From Stegostoma tigrinum (lineage: Eukaryota): 64,000 nucleotides of DNA. Both the position numbers and the translations under genes were made by a program. Of the stretch, positions 1 to 13,742 are shown piece by piece. A model generated the notes under the pieces. It was not told the origin of the DNA. It saw only the letters and a list, made by a program, of their open reading frames with translations, and did not search any database. How positions within the stretch are numbered: the first letter of the stretch is position 1; the number at the start of each line of letters is the position of its first letter. Location of the stretch: the NCBI RefSeq assembly GCF_030684315.1, contig NC_081381.1, forward strand, positions 32,656,784-32,720,783, in the 5' to 3' direction.

Positions 1-1190
1 TTTGTACCCTCGGCAACTTCAGCCTTTTCAAGCCATATTCTTGTTTCAATACAAAATTCACCTGAATTCAAAGATGGCTTTTGTTGAGCTTAATGTGTTA
101 TTATTTACAAACTACAAAAAAATTTAAGCACTGCATTATACATGTCACACAGCAGGAGTTTGATTACAAGGATTATAGTACTTATAAGCAGCTGGGATAA
201 AGGCTTAACAAGTTGCAGATGCTTGTATTTGAGATACAATCCTTTAATGAGGCTCCTCAACATGACGGAAGTACAGCACAATTGGGGTAGTACGAAGCCA
301 TTCGGGCTACCAGTTACCTAAAGATAATATCAAATCGTGCAGAGTCAGATCTTTTTGAAATTCTGCGTACTACTAGGACTCAAATTAGATCAACATTTCC
401 AGTGTCAGCATCAGACAGCAAGCACAAAGAATTAGGGATTCAAACAAGGCTCAGGAGAGGAACCGATGGACAAAGTGCAAAACACCGGAACTTGTGCCCT
501 AGCAGTGTCCAGACACAAGCAATTAATTTCTCACTGTCAGAACATCAGCAATCATTGAGTCACCTGTCAAACTGGAAAGTCTACGCACCAGACTGGCTAC
601 TTTTGACTCTGAGACAATAACACCAATCATTGGCTGAGCAGGTCAAACATGATTCCCCAGTCTCTACTTTCTTGCCTTGCCTCATGCAAAGAGTATTGTT
701 CTGAATATCAGTGGTGGAGGACACAACAGATGATTTCTTCAGTTCTGGGGCACAAAGTAAAGAAGGAAAAATGTTTGCCTCTATCTAGGGTTAGTGCAAC
801 ATCCTGCTCCACAGTATCCAAATGCAACGTTCCAGGTCCTCCGAACATATATCACATTATGCCATGTTGGCACCCCAAAGCCAATTTTTCCAACTTCTCC
901 TGCTTGACGGTATCCCTTCACAACTTCCTCCCACCAACTGACCGTTCACAATCACTCTTGTTTGGCACTCATTCTGAGGCCTTGCTGCAAAACAGCACGT
1001 GGGAGAGTGAGGTCCAGATGGAGGAGTTGAGATGATGGAAAGAAACTTGGCAGTTGGTGTGGGAATGATTATATCTGCAGTTGGAATTGCATTAAGTGAT
1101 GTAAGATAATGAGTGACTTCAAGTTACATACAGTCTGGATAAGCTTAATCTGTACTAATCTTGTAGCAGATGAATTTCCTGGAGTGTGTA

Positions 1191-3441
1191 CATAGAACAT
1201 AGAACAATACAGCGCAGAACAGGCCCTTCGGTCCTCAATGTTGCACCGACCTGTGAACTAATCTAAGCCCATCCCCCTACACTATCCCATCATCATCCAT
1301 ATGCTTATCCAAGGACTGTTTAAATTCACCTAATGTGGCTGAGTTAACTACATTGGCAGACAGGGCGTTCCACACCCTTACCACTCTCTGAATAAAGAAC
1401 CTGCCTCTGGCATCTGTCTTAAATCTATCACCCCTCAATTTGCAGCTATGCCCCCTCGTACAAGCCAACGTCATCATCCTCCGAAAAAGACTCACTGTCC
1501 ACCCTATCTAATCCTCTGATCATCTTGTATGTTTCTATTAAATCCCCTCTTAGCCTCCTTCTCTCCAATGAGAACAGACCCAAGTCCCTCAGCCTTTCCT
1601 CATAAGACCTTTGCTCCAGGCCAGGCAACAGCCTGATAAATCTCCTCTGTGCCTTTTTCAATGCTTCCACATCCTTCCTGTAATGGGGCAACCAGAACTG
1701 TATGCAATATTCCAAATGAGGCCGCACTAGCGTTTTGTACAGTTGCAGCATGACATCACAGCTCCGGAACTCAATCCTTCTACCAATAAAACCTAACACA
1801 CCGTAAGCCTTCTTAACAGCACTATCAACCTGGGTGGCAACTTTCAAGGATCTATGTACATGGACACCAAGATCCCTCTGCACATCCACACTCCCAAAAA
1901 TCTTTCCATTGAGCCAGTATTCTGCCTTCCTATTATTCCTTCCAAAGTGAATCACCTCACATTTATCTGTATTAAACTCCATTTGCCACCTTTCAGTTCA
2001 ATTCTGCCGTTTATCCAAGTCTCCCTGCAACCTGCAACATTTTTCAACACTGTCCACCACTCCACTGACTTTAGTGTCATCTGCAAACTTACTAACCCAT
2101 CCACCTATGCCTGAGTCCAAGTTATTTATAAAAATGACAAACAGCAGTGGTCCCAAAACAGATCCTTGTGGCACAACACTAGTAACCAGACTCCAGGCTG
2201 AATATTTTCCATCAACTACCACTTGTTGCCTTCTTACAGAAAGCCAGTTTCTAATCCAAACTGCTAAATATCCCTCAATCCCATGCCTCCACATTTTCTC
2301 CAATAGCCTACCATGTGGAACCTTATCAAAGGCTTTACAGAAGTCCATGTACACTACATCAATTGCCCTACCCTCATCCACATGCTTGGTCACCTTCTCA
2401 AAAAACTCAATGAGGTTTGTGAGACACGACCTGCCCTTGACAAATCCTCTCTGATGAAGGGTCTAGGCCCGAAACGTCAGCTTTTGTGCTCCTGAGATGC
2501 TGCTTGGCCTGCTGTGTTCATCTAGCCTCACATTTTATTATCTTGACAAATCCATGTTGACTATCTCCGATCAAATTGTTGCTTGCTAAATGATTATAAA
2601 TCCTATCTCTTACAATCCTTTCCAAAACTTTTCCTGTTTGTTGGTAGCTTGTATTCACTTATGGAGCCATACAGTTTTGAAACAGACCTTTTGGTCCAAC
2701 TTGTCTACGCTGACCATGTTCCCAAACCAAACTAGCCCCACTTGCCTGCATTTGGCCCACATCCCTCTAAACCTTTCCTTTTCATGTACTTATCCAAATG
2801 TTTTGGATGGAAGGCTCACAGGTCTATAATTACTTGGGTCATCTCTACTGCCCTTCTTGAACAAGGGCACAACATTTGCAATCCTCCAGTCCTCTGGTAC
2901 GAAACCTGTAGACAATGACAACTCAAAGATCAAGGCCAAAGGCTCCGCCACCTCCTCCCTAACTTCCCAGAGAATCCTCAGAAAAATCCCATCTGGCCCA
3001 GGGGATTTATCTACCTTTACACCTTCTAGAATTGATAACACATCCTCCTTACTAACCTCAATCCTTTCAAGTCTAATAGCCTGTATCTCAGTCTTCTCCT
3101 CTACAATATTCTCCTTTTCCTGAGTGAAAACAGATGAGAAATATTCGTTTAATACCTGTCCGATCTCCACCGGGTCCACACACAACTTCCCACTTCTGTC
3201 TTTGGCCCTAATCCTATCCTAGTCATCCTTTTATTCCTCACATACCTATAGAAAGCTTTAGCGTTCTCCTTTATTCTACCTACTAATGACTACTCATGTT
3301 CCCTCCTTGTTCTTCTTAACTTTCTCGTTAAATCCCTCCTAGCTAATCTGTAACTGTCCATCGCCTCATCTGAACCATCTCGTCTCAACATCACATAAGC
3401 CTCCCTCTTCGGCTTAACAAGAGATACAATTTCTTTAGTAA
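1191..3441 (-). mobile_element. 5'-truncated CR1 (HER1-type) LINE with frameshifted RT
   Basis: ORFs contain KSPGPDG, NYRPVSL, DFCKAFDKVPH, PQGSVLGP, KFADDTK, RPHLEYC; (TTCTATG)n 3' tail near 1191-1206. Confidence 0.95.
2448..2541 (+). mobile_element. 94-bp Penelope-type terminal element with hammerhead core, inserted in CR1
   Basis: 12-bp TSD cttgacaaatcc (2436-2447 / 2542-2553); CTGATGA-aGGGtctaggCCC-GAAAC-GTC at 2451-2478. Confidence 0.8.
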
Positions 3442-3869
3442 ATTACTGTAACATGTAAAACAGAGTTGGTTTCTTTGGTGTCTACTGTCCTGCATGTTTA
3501 CCAAGGCATGATCTGGTTGGTGTTTCTGTTTGAATATGCTTATTACATTCTCAATTTTCTCAGCATCTGATTGAAGAACACTGCAAAAGTATAAACGTTT
3601 AGCACCACCATTCTAAACTGTATCTATAATCAGATTTACCAAAAGCACACCATTTATTGTTTTGCAATATATTTAGAATCTCATAAATCCCCATATGTCC
3701 AATTTCCAGAAGCAACTAATTTTTGTATCTTAATTCTCACTGAGTTGATCATTGGGCAAGGTCAAAGTTGGTCTAAAGATAGGATAGAATGAAAAGGGAG
3801 GGATAATCACATGAATTGCATTGCCTTGCAGGTAACAGGTTATTTCTTAATGCTGACAGTTGAAGAATT

Positions 3870-6800
3870 TGCAAAAAGAGGAACTGCATTTCTGGAGCAG
3901 CGCAGAGATCAGGCTATTGTTGATTTTATTTTATGTAATGAGAAAAGGCTAATTAATAGCTTTGCTGTAAAGGAGTCTTTGGGAAAATAATAACCAGAAT
4001 GTGAAAGAATTAAGTTAATTTAAAAGAATTCACATTATGTTTGAATATGATACAGTTTATTCTGAAACTGAGATCTTAAATCTGAACAATGAAAATTATG
4101 AAAGTACAAACAGCAACATTTTTACAGTAAAATATACTACAAGATTTGATGATTGATAGGCAATGGCTAGTATTTAAAGAAGTACTACATGATCTACAAC
4201 AGAACTATATTCCTTTAAGACACAAAGACCCAGCGGTAAAGGTGAATTAACTGTGACTAATAAAATAATTTTCAGATCGCACTCAACCAAAGCAAGTTAC
4301 TGTGGGGATACCAGAAAAACTGGGAGCAATTTCGAAGCCAGTAAAGGTCAACAAAGAAATTGATAAAAAAAAAGAGAAGAGAACAGGACTTATACAATTC
4401 ATGGTAGGCCCTGGGTAATGTTGTAAAACAGAGGGACCTAGATGTTCAGGAACATAATTCATCAAAATTTGCGTCACGTGCAGGCAGGGTGGTCAAAAAG
4501 ACATTTAGAATGCCTGCCTTCATTGCTCAGACCTTTGAGTATAGAAGTTAGGATGTTATGTTGAGGCTGTATAGGACATTGGTGCGGCCTTTTCTGGAAT
4601 ACTGTCCCCAGTTCTGGTTACCCTGCTGAAGGATATTATTAAATTGGAGAAGATTCAGAAAAGATTTACCATGAATGGAAAATTTGAGTCATAAAGATAG
4701 GTTGGGACTTTTTTCAATGGCACTTAGGAGGTTGAGAGATGACTTTATAGAGGTTTATAAAATCATGAAGGACATAGATAAAGTGAATAGCAAGGTTCAT
4801 TTTCCTAGGGTGGGGAAGTTCAAAACTAGGGTGGATATTTTTAAGGTGAGAGGAAAAAAATTTAAAAAAGGACATCGGGCAAATTTTTTAGACAGGGAGT
4901 GGTTCAGGTGTGGAATGAACTGCCAGAGGAAGTGGGGGATGCAGGTATAATTATAACATTTCAAAGACTTTTGAATAAGTACATGAAAAGGAAACGTTTA
5001 GAGGGATATGGGCCAAATGCAGGCAAGTGGGACTAGTTTGGTTTGGGAACACGGTCAGCGTGGACAAGTTGGACCAAAGGGTCTGTTTCAAAACTGTATG
5101 GCTCTATAAATGAATACAAGCTACCAACAAACAGAAGGGCACATTGTAAACATTTACTCAGGTATGTGACAAAGAAAAGTTTAGCTTAGAAAATGTGGGT
5201 CCACTATAGGTGGACACAGGAGAATTTACAATGGAGAACAGGGAGACAATGGAGGAGTTAAACATTTACTTTGTGTTGAAATTACCGAAGCTCTCCTGGA
5301 ATCACAAGGCACCAATGGACCTATGAAATTGAGGAACTGAAAGAAATTTGTATCAGTAAAGCAGTGTTCCTGAAATTTAACTAGATTAAAGGTTTTTGAA
5401 TACTGTGGACCGAATGAGCAGCATCACAGAGGATTGGAAGAAGTGTCTATAGGGATAGTGGCTGCATTGGTAATTATTTTACAAATTTATACATTCTGCA
5501 TACACTCCTACAGACTACAGGAAGCAAATGTAACCCCACTAATTAAGAAGGAAGGGAGTGGGAGAATGGAAAACAACAGACCTATTAGTGTGACATGAGC
5601 AACAGTGAAAATGTTAGAAACTACTGTATAAAGGAGGGATAACTGGACACTTATAAAATAATGGTAAAATTAGGCAGAGTCAACACAGATTTTTCAGAGG
5701 CAAAGTTTGATAAATCTGTTGGAGTTTTGTTTGAGGATGTTACTTGTAGCCAATTTTCCCCTAACCTGCACAGCAGACACCAATTGGTGTGCTGACGCTT
5801 AAGATCTGCTGTCATACATGGACCTTAGACGTCTGCACTGTGTTAGGAAAATTTAGAGAGAATGTAGTTTTTATGCATCAGTAAAGGAGAACCAGTAGAT
5901 GTGGTGTATTTGGATTTTTAGAAGTTTTTGATAAGGTCTCACATTGAGGATTAATATACAAAATTAAGAGTGTTTGGTACTGGTATTAATATACTAATAT
6001 GGACTGAGAACTGGTTCACACTCAGAAAACAGAGAGTGGGAATCAATGAATCATTATCAGGATGGCAGGCTGTTACTAGTGTTTTCTGCAAGGTTCAGTG
6101 CTAGTGCCAGAGCTGTTCACAATTTATGTCAATGATTTGAATGTGGGACCAATCGTAGTATTTTGAAATTTTCTGACGGTTCAAAACTAGTTGAGAATGT
6201 AAGTTGTGAGGCAAATTGAAAGAAGATTCAAGGGGACTTAGACAGACTAAGTGAATGGGCAAGAATGTGGCAGATGGAATATATTGTCAAAACATACAAT
6301 GGTGTCCATTTTAATGGAAAAAATAGAAAAGGGAATATTTATTCATAAACGAAAACAGAGACTGCTGGAAAAACACAACAAGTCTGGCAGCATCTACGGA
6401 AGGAAATAAAAATAATGTTTTGGGTCCAGTTACCCTTCTTCAGAACCCTTCTCTCGACCCTTCTTCAGGCAATATTTATTAACTTGTAAGAGGCTGAAAA
6501 TGTTGTTGTTAAGAGGAATCTTGATATCACTGTTCATGGGTCATTAAAAGCTAGGATGCAGGTGCAATAATCAATAAAGAAGTCATATACAAGCCTGTAT
6601 CACACAGGGACTTGAGCAGAAGGTATCTTGGTGTAATTGTATACAGCCTTGGCAAGATTGCGCCTAGTGTCCTGTGTATAACTTTGGTCTCCTTATCAAA
6701 GTAAGTTTATGCCTGTTGCAGAGGGAATGCAACAGCGCTTCACCAGATTAATTCCTAGATGGTGGGATTGTGTTAGAAGGAGAGTTTGAGGAAACTGGGC

Positions 6801-6980
6801 CTGTATTTTCTAGAGTTATGAAGAATGAGAGGCGACCTCATTGAAATTAAAACATTCTTACAAGGCATTACACGTTGGATATAGACAGGATTCTTCCCCT
6901 GGCTAGTGAGTCTAGAAACAGGGGACATAAAATCTCAGACTAAAGAGTATGCCATTTAAGACTGAGATGAGGAGGAATGG
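3870..6980 (+). mobile_element. Old decayed CR1 LINE with a nested younger CR1 3' fragment (about 4381-5108) and a Penelope-type insert (about 6344-6470)
   Basis: Degenerate CR1 ORF2 motifs throughout; aatatttatt TSD around the 6344-6470 insert. Confidence 0.8.
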
Positions 6981-7747
6981 AGGCAAGGGATGCAAAAACA
7001 GGAGAAGTACCTGGACCCATGTCTTCTCTCCCTGGCCCTGGATACAAATCAATTAGGATCCCAGCTACAGATTGCAAGCCAAAATATGCTGTGTGCACCA
7101 GGATATCAGATGAGGACCAGGGAGGGCCTAGCCATTAGGCAAATAGTCAAAATACACCTATTGCCTGGAATTGGATGTGAGAAAGCCACTAAGGTGGGAT
7201 AGCTGATGATTGATGTCCATAAACAACTTCATGGCAGTGAAAAAATGTCTCTGATACAGAATCTCAAAATCTCACGATCAAACAAATTGGTTGTTCCCAA
7301 ACCACTTCTAAATTTAGTCTCTAAATCAACTATAATGCCAGTTCATGAAATGATAAGTATGATCTATTGGTTTGGTATGTTTATATTCACTCAATAGATA
7401 AAACAAGAACTATGTGTGTTACTATGGAGCAAAATAAATATTAAAAACGGACAAGAAAGGACTGAGACACTTTTCCCATACTTAAATTTGGAAATAAGGA
7501 GGCGAAGTTAATTGCTTTTCTCCAACAATTTCTGTTTTTGTTTCATACCTCCAGCATTCACAGTTCCCTGTTTTACACAGATTTCAAAATTTGTTATGGA
7601 AACAACCATTCACACATATTTAATTTGGCCAAAGTTGCAGACTACATATAGGATTGTTAGATTGGGACCAGTCACACACAAAACAAGATTTTACTTTTAA
7701 AATCTCACAAGGGATTGAAAATGCGCCATCCTGCTGACAGATCTCAC

Positions 7748-7933
7748 CTCTTTCATCTCGGAGGCCTGTTGCTGTCGCAACCCTTCCAAATCCTGCATGG
7801 TGGCTTGCAGCGTGCCCTCGGCCCGCAGGTATATACGCCACAGATGACAGAGATGCTCATTTGCAGAGCAGGCATCAGTATCCAGACCATCTTCCTGCAA
7901 TTTATTCAGAATATCTTCCAGCTCCACCTTCTC
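7748..7933 (-). CDS. CCDC30: CCDC30 (coiled-coil domain-containing 30) second coding exon
   Basis: cacttcag| acceptor and |GTGAGA donor; 62 codons EKVELEDILNKLQEDGLDTDACSANEHLCHLWRIYLRAEGTLQATMQDLEGLRQQQASEMKE. It is coiled-coil-like and resembles the long N-terminus of fish CCDC30 as I recall it. Synteny with PPCS/ZMYND12 supports the name. Confidence 0.75.
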
Positions 7934-9424
7934 CTGAAGTGAAATGTGAAATAGCAAAAATCAGAACTTGTTTGTTGAATGGACAGAAAAGTGATACCAT
8001 TCAATAACAGTTCCAAATCTTCCAGAGTACTGACAGTATTTTCAAAAGTTATCATCTAAAAAAACTGTAGTCTTGCCATTAGATCTGCTCAGACTTTGTG
8101 CAAATGATATTATGGGTGCTTTTAGGTTCCTCCTTTCATTTCAGCAAGCAACTCTATTCTCATTTCTGCTGCCATCTTTCACTATTCACATTCCCAGCCG
8201 AGATCATTCAGCATGAAAACCTTGGTCACAGAAGGAACTGCCGAACTCAAAAGTACTTCACAGGATTACAAAAAAATGAATTATGACTGTAAAACATTTC
8301 CAAATGCCAGAAATATCAGGAATACAAAACATCTGCCATTAGCTGCTGTTTTTGAAGCATATTTGGTTCAAGTGTCAGTGATGATGCCCTCACAAGACAC
8401 TCAAATACCTAATGGGGTATCAAAGGGCACTTTGTATTGTCAGCACTTGGACCACAGCCTTCTGAAATTCTGCTCAACCTCTGAACTCCACTCCCTGTCT
8501 GATCCATTACTGTAATTACTTTCTCCTACTTGCACATTTACAACACTTGCCAAATCCACTCCAACTTCACTTTTTTAAATCGTCTGGGAATTCTGTTTAT
8601 CCATTTGAATTAATAGGGCTTCCAGTTATGATTTTATTAGCATCCCTGTTTCCGCTTTCCAGGGACATTAATATATATAGAATTCAAAGACGCATGCTGT
8701 CATCTGTCCAAAACCTTAGATGTTTCTTAATAACTGCTAGCCAAGCACCTCCAGCTCCATGCTGTGACAAAATTGAGTATTAAGCTCTCACAGTTGTCTT
8801 GATGACCCTTCGGGACTTGCTCACTCTACACTTGCAATATCCTCCTGTCACGGAGCCCTGTCCATACATCCAACATCAGGCAAAGTTATTCTCACTAAAC
8901 CAATGCTGACTTCCCACTCCATCAGCATCCACTATACCCGTGCATTCCAAAACTGGCTCCTTCAGCACAAATTCATCTTGTTACCTTCTGCCAGTTTTAG
9001 AAAAATCCCCTGAGTCCACATTTTTGTCCAAAACCCAAAAAAGCATTTTTGTATACAAGTACTGTAAAAGTGGAAGCTAATGTAGTATGGTTCCTTCTCA
9101 TGAACCTTTCACATATTTCCTTGCAGCATCATATTCAGATTTCATTTTTATCAGGGATGCAAATAATAACACTTCAATGAGGAAATGCCACACAATACAA
9201 ATCCGTAGGAAAGTAACGTAATCTGAATTATGCAAGGTGAAAGATTTTGCTCACCAAAAGTAACATAGCAGTCATTACTTTAATTCATATTCTTGCACTC
9301 ACCCTCCCCTTGCCTCTACAATTATAAATTACTAGGGCATCATTAGGAGCTATAATTGGACTCTCCACTAAGACTGAGCTACAGAGAGGGATAAGCAATA
9401 AATGGCAGCCTGTCAATCAGACTT

Positions 9425-10140
9425 GAAGTAACAAGTGACATTCACACTACACAAGTGCCAGGCAATGACCATCTCCAATAAGAGAGGTGTAACCATAATA
9501 GCATTGGATGTCATAGCATTATTATCGTTGAAAAATCCTACATCAGCAACCTGGGCATTCCCATTGACCAGAAACTTAGCTGGATCAGACGCATCAATAT
9601 TGTGGTTACAAGAACAAGTCAGAGGCTAGGAATACTGCAACAAGTAATTCACCTCTTGACTCCTGAACCCTGTGCAGCATCTTCAAACAGATAATTGAGG
9701 ATTGTGATGGAATGTTCTCCATTTTCCAGGATGAATGCCATTCCAACAGCAATCAAGAAACAACATTGTTCAGATGAAAATTGTTTGCTTGATTCACGAC
9801 CCATTCACTATCTTAAAAATGAATCCCCTCTACCACCGATGCACAGTTTACACTACAGGAAAGATTCATACAGACTCCTTCAACAGCATCTTTCAAGCCC
9901 ACAACCTCAATCACTCAAGGGGACAAGAACAGTAGATGCATCAAAATACTACCACCTGCAGGTTCCTCTCCAAGCCACACACTCCTTCTCCCTTCACAAT
10001 CACCAGGTCAAAATCCTGGAACTCCCTTCTTAGCAGTACTGTGATGGTACTTTGACACATGGGCTGCACAGTTCAAAAATGCAAATCTTCATTATTTGTT
10101 CAAGGAAATTAGGGATGGGCAATAAATGCCAGCAGCAATT
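9425..10140 (+). mobile_element. Old LINE 3' fragment (CR1/L2 group)
   Basis: FTLHKCQAMTISNKR and MECSP motifs. The tail gggatgggcaataaatgc is shared with the SINE ending near 13460. Confidence 0.6.
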
Positions 10141-10677
10141 TTCATCTATCTAGACCAATCTTTTTTTTTAATCTAGCGATCTCTGCAGGTGGGTACATGC
10201 ATTTTACTGTCAGGGGATGGTAGAATCAAGCTCAGCAGTGATACCTTCCAGTAAAATATATTGCTGAATCTCACTGGCTTCAGAAAGGACACATGTACTA
10301 AGTAGCAGAGGGTTCCAGGCAGAGGGGGACACTGTACCCAGAAAGATTGAATACCTTGACAAAGATCCAACTAGTGGAATTAATGCCTTCAAATAAAAGG
10401 GAACCTGTCTCTCCCACTCAGATGGGCCAAATTCTACCCTATTCTTGAATGATACTTTGACTATGATGTCTTCATCAGCTTCGCTGGAGTTAGCCCACTC
10501 CTCAGAGTTAGGTTAAAAGAAAGCTGGGCAACTTTAAGAATGCAATTCTCTAAGATGTCCCAGTTCAACATGCCTGTAACCTCCATAACAAATTTAACAA
10601 GTTTTTCTACATAACTGAAGAGATACAATTTGTGAAATACCCATTTAACAAGTTATCACAGAAATCCTGTAACGTTA

Positions 10678-10823
10678 CGTAGAGCTGGATGAACACAGCA
10701 GGCCAATCAGCATCATGGGAGCAGGAAAGCTGATGTTTCGGGCCTAGACCCTTCTTGGCCTGCTGTGTTCATCCAGCACTACACCTTGTTATCTCAGATT
10801 CTCCAGCATCTGCAGTTCCTACT
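10678..10823. mobile_element. Fold-back Penelope-type terminal element
   Basis: 14-bp TSD atcctgtaac(g/a)tta (10664-10677 / 10824-10837); internal inverted repeat. Confidence 0.75.
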
Positions 10824-11119
10824 ATCCTGTAACATTATACAGGAAAGGTGAAACTAACTATGCCTGTGTTGTAACAATAGCAGGAGATATGCTACATTTA
10901 CAATATATACACCATGTAGTTATTACAAGTGCTTTAGCTAAAAAAGAAGCTTTAGAATAATTAGATTTCGCTAAACATTATTCATCCCAGTGCATTCCTA
11001 CTAAGCAGCATTACAACAGGCCAAATCTTAGTTGAGAACATTACTTATACTTCCCTAATCAAAGTCAAGACTGACATCCTCTGCAACCACAGTGCAGGAT
11101 CTGTCCTTGTTGGTTGTGG

Positions 11120-11330
11120 CAATGGTGGCAGACCTATGGGTCAAGTCCCATTCTAGATACTCGAGTGCAAAATCTAGTTTGAGCCATTATTGCAGTACTT
11201 AGAGGGTGCTGTACTGTTCAAGGTGCTGCCTTTCAGATGAACTGTTAAACCAAAGCTATGTCTGCTCTCTTGAGTGGATTTTTTAAAAAGGCATAATTCA
11301 AAAGAAGAACAAGAGAACTTTTGAGGGAAA
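11120..11330 (+). mobile_element. Deu-domain-like old SINE (related copies about 21510-21600 plus 22443-22680 on -, and about 57960-58160 on +)
   Basis: gagggtgctgtactgttcaaggtgctgcctttcagatgaactgttaaacc resembles the Deu core as I recall it. Confidence 0.55.
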
Positions 11331-11680
11331 GGCAGTGGCACAGTGGTAACGTCACTGGTACTGTGATCCAGTGTCCTAGGCCTGTGCTCTGAGACACATG
11401 TTCAAATCACACAATGGTCAATGGTCATTGTGAATTCAATAAAAATGTGGAGTTAAGAGCTGTTCTAATGGCAACTCTGCAACCACTGTTGATTGTTGTA
11501 AAATCTGGTCAATTAATACCCATGTGGGGAAGTAAATCTGCCATCCTTACTTGGTCTGGCTAACATATGACTCAAGACAGCAATGTGGTTGACTCTTAAC
11601 TGCCCTCTGAAATGGCCTAGCAGTTCACTCATTTCAGGAATGGACAACAAACGATGCCCTGCCAGTGACACCCACTTACA
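11330..11680 (+). mobile_element. tRNA-derived SINE (family copies at 13140-13460 + and 24090-24450 -)
   Basis: A-box/B-box-like head; shared core aatctgccatccttac(t/c)tggtctggc...gactc in three copies. Confidence 0.75.
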
Positions 11681-11874
11681 AAATTTTAAAAAGCTCTCAC
11701 TAGCTTGCTTTACATAACTTAGCTGCACATTCCTACAATACAATACGTACTTAAGGTGCTTCATTGATTATAACACACTTTGGGATGTTGTGTGACTGTA
11801 AATGGTGTAACCTAAATGCAAATCTTTCTGATCTTCCTCTTATCCCCTTCAACATTGCTGCTTCTTTCATTGAA

Positions 11875-13662
11875 ACAAAGAATCCCTACACTGTGGAAGC
11901 AGGCCATTTGGCCCATCAAGTGCACACCAACCCTCTGAAGAGCATCTCACTCAGACACACAACCGCCTTACCATCCCTGTAACCCTGCATTTCCCATGGC
12001 CAATCCAAGAAGCCAGCACACTCCTGGATTCTATGGGCAATTCAGCATTGCCAATCCACTTAACCTGCACATCTTCGGACTGTAGGAGGAAACTGGAGCA
12101 CTCGGTGAAAATCATAAGACCATAAGACATAGAAACTGAATATTAGGCCATTCAATCATGGCTGATAAGTTTTCAACCCGATTCTCCACAGAACCTTTCA
12201 TCCCCTTAACATTCAAGAAACTTTTATCTCTGTCTTGAATACACTCAATGACCTGGCCCCCACAGCCTTCTGTGGCAATGAATTCCATAGATTCACCACT
12301 GTCTGGCTGGGGAAGTTTCCCCTCTTCTCCATTCTAAAGGGTCTTCCTTTAACTCTAAGGCTGTGCCCTCAGGTCCTAGTCTCTCCTGCTAATAGAAACA
12401 TCTTCCCTAACTCCACTCTATCCAGGCCTTGCAGTATTCTGTAAGTTTCAATTAGACACCCCTTCATCCTTCTAAACTCAAATCGAGCAAAAACCCAGAG
12501 TTCTCAAACATTTCTCATACATTAAGCCTTTCATTCCTGGGATCATTTTCGCAAAACACCTCTGGACCCACTCCAGGGCCAGTACATCCTTCCTGAGAAA
12601 TGGAATCCAAAATTCCATATTCTAAATCTGATCTGACCAGAGCCTTATAATGACTCAGAAGTACATCCCCGCTTTTATTCTAGTCCTCTTGAAATAAATG
12701 CTGACATTGTATTTGTCTATCTACTGACTCAACCTGCAAGTTAACCTTATGAGAATCCTGGACTAGGACTTCCTTTGCAATTCAGATTTCTGAATTTTTT
12801 CTCCATTTAGAAAACAGTCTTGTCTGTATTCTTCCCACCAAAGCGCATGACCTCACACCATCCCACATTGTATTCTATCTGCCACTTCTTTGACCACTCT
12901 CCTAGCCTGTCTAAACCCTTCTGCAGCCTCCCCGCCTCCTCAATACTACTTGTTCCTCCATCTAACTTTATATCTTCTGCAAATGTGGCCAGAATGCCCT
13001 CAGTTCCTTCATCTAGAATGATGTGGAGGTGCCAGCGTTGGACTGGGATGGACATGGTCAAAAATCACACAATTAGATCACATTAGAAAATCATCACATC
13101 ATCACATTAGAAAGAAGATACAGGTTTCTTTTGGGGAAGAGGTAATGGCCTAGTGGTATTATCGCTGGACTATTAATCCAGAGACCCAGATAATGTTACC
13201 CAGGTTAAAATCCAGCCATGGCAGATGATGGAATTTGAATAAAACATCTGGAATTAAAAATCTAATGATGATCATGAATCCATTGCTGACTGTTGGAAAA
13301 ACCCACCTGGTTCACTAATGTCCTTTGGGGAAGGAAACTGCCATCCTTATCTGGTCTGGCCTACATGTGACTCCAGACCCATAGCAATGTGATTGGCTCT
13401 GAACAATTACGGATGGGCAATAAATGCTGCCTAGCCAGCAAAGCCCACATCCCGTTAATAAATAAGAGGTATTGATTAAAATGCAAATCCCAGAATTTCT
13501 TTCAAGTCATTGAACCCAAGATTACCAAAGGTTTTATCAGTGTTTACAAGAGGTAACATCTCAGGTCTGACAATGCAATTTAGGTATGAGGCCTTAGTTA
13601 GAACTTGTCTGTTTAACCTGGGGTCAGGCTGTTTTTTTAAAACAAATTCTCCCCATATTCGG

Positions 13663-13742
<80 letters not shown>

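Noticed and set aside
1-61. Open frame after a cag|GTG on the minus strand as a possible next CCDC30 exon
   Set aside because: The peptide is not coiled-coil-like or recognisable and is cut by the window edge, so it cannot be supported.
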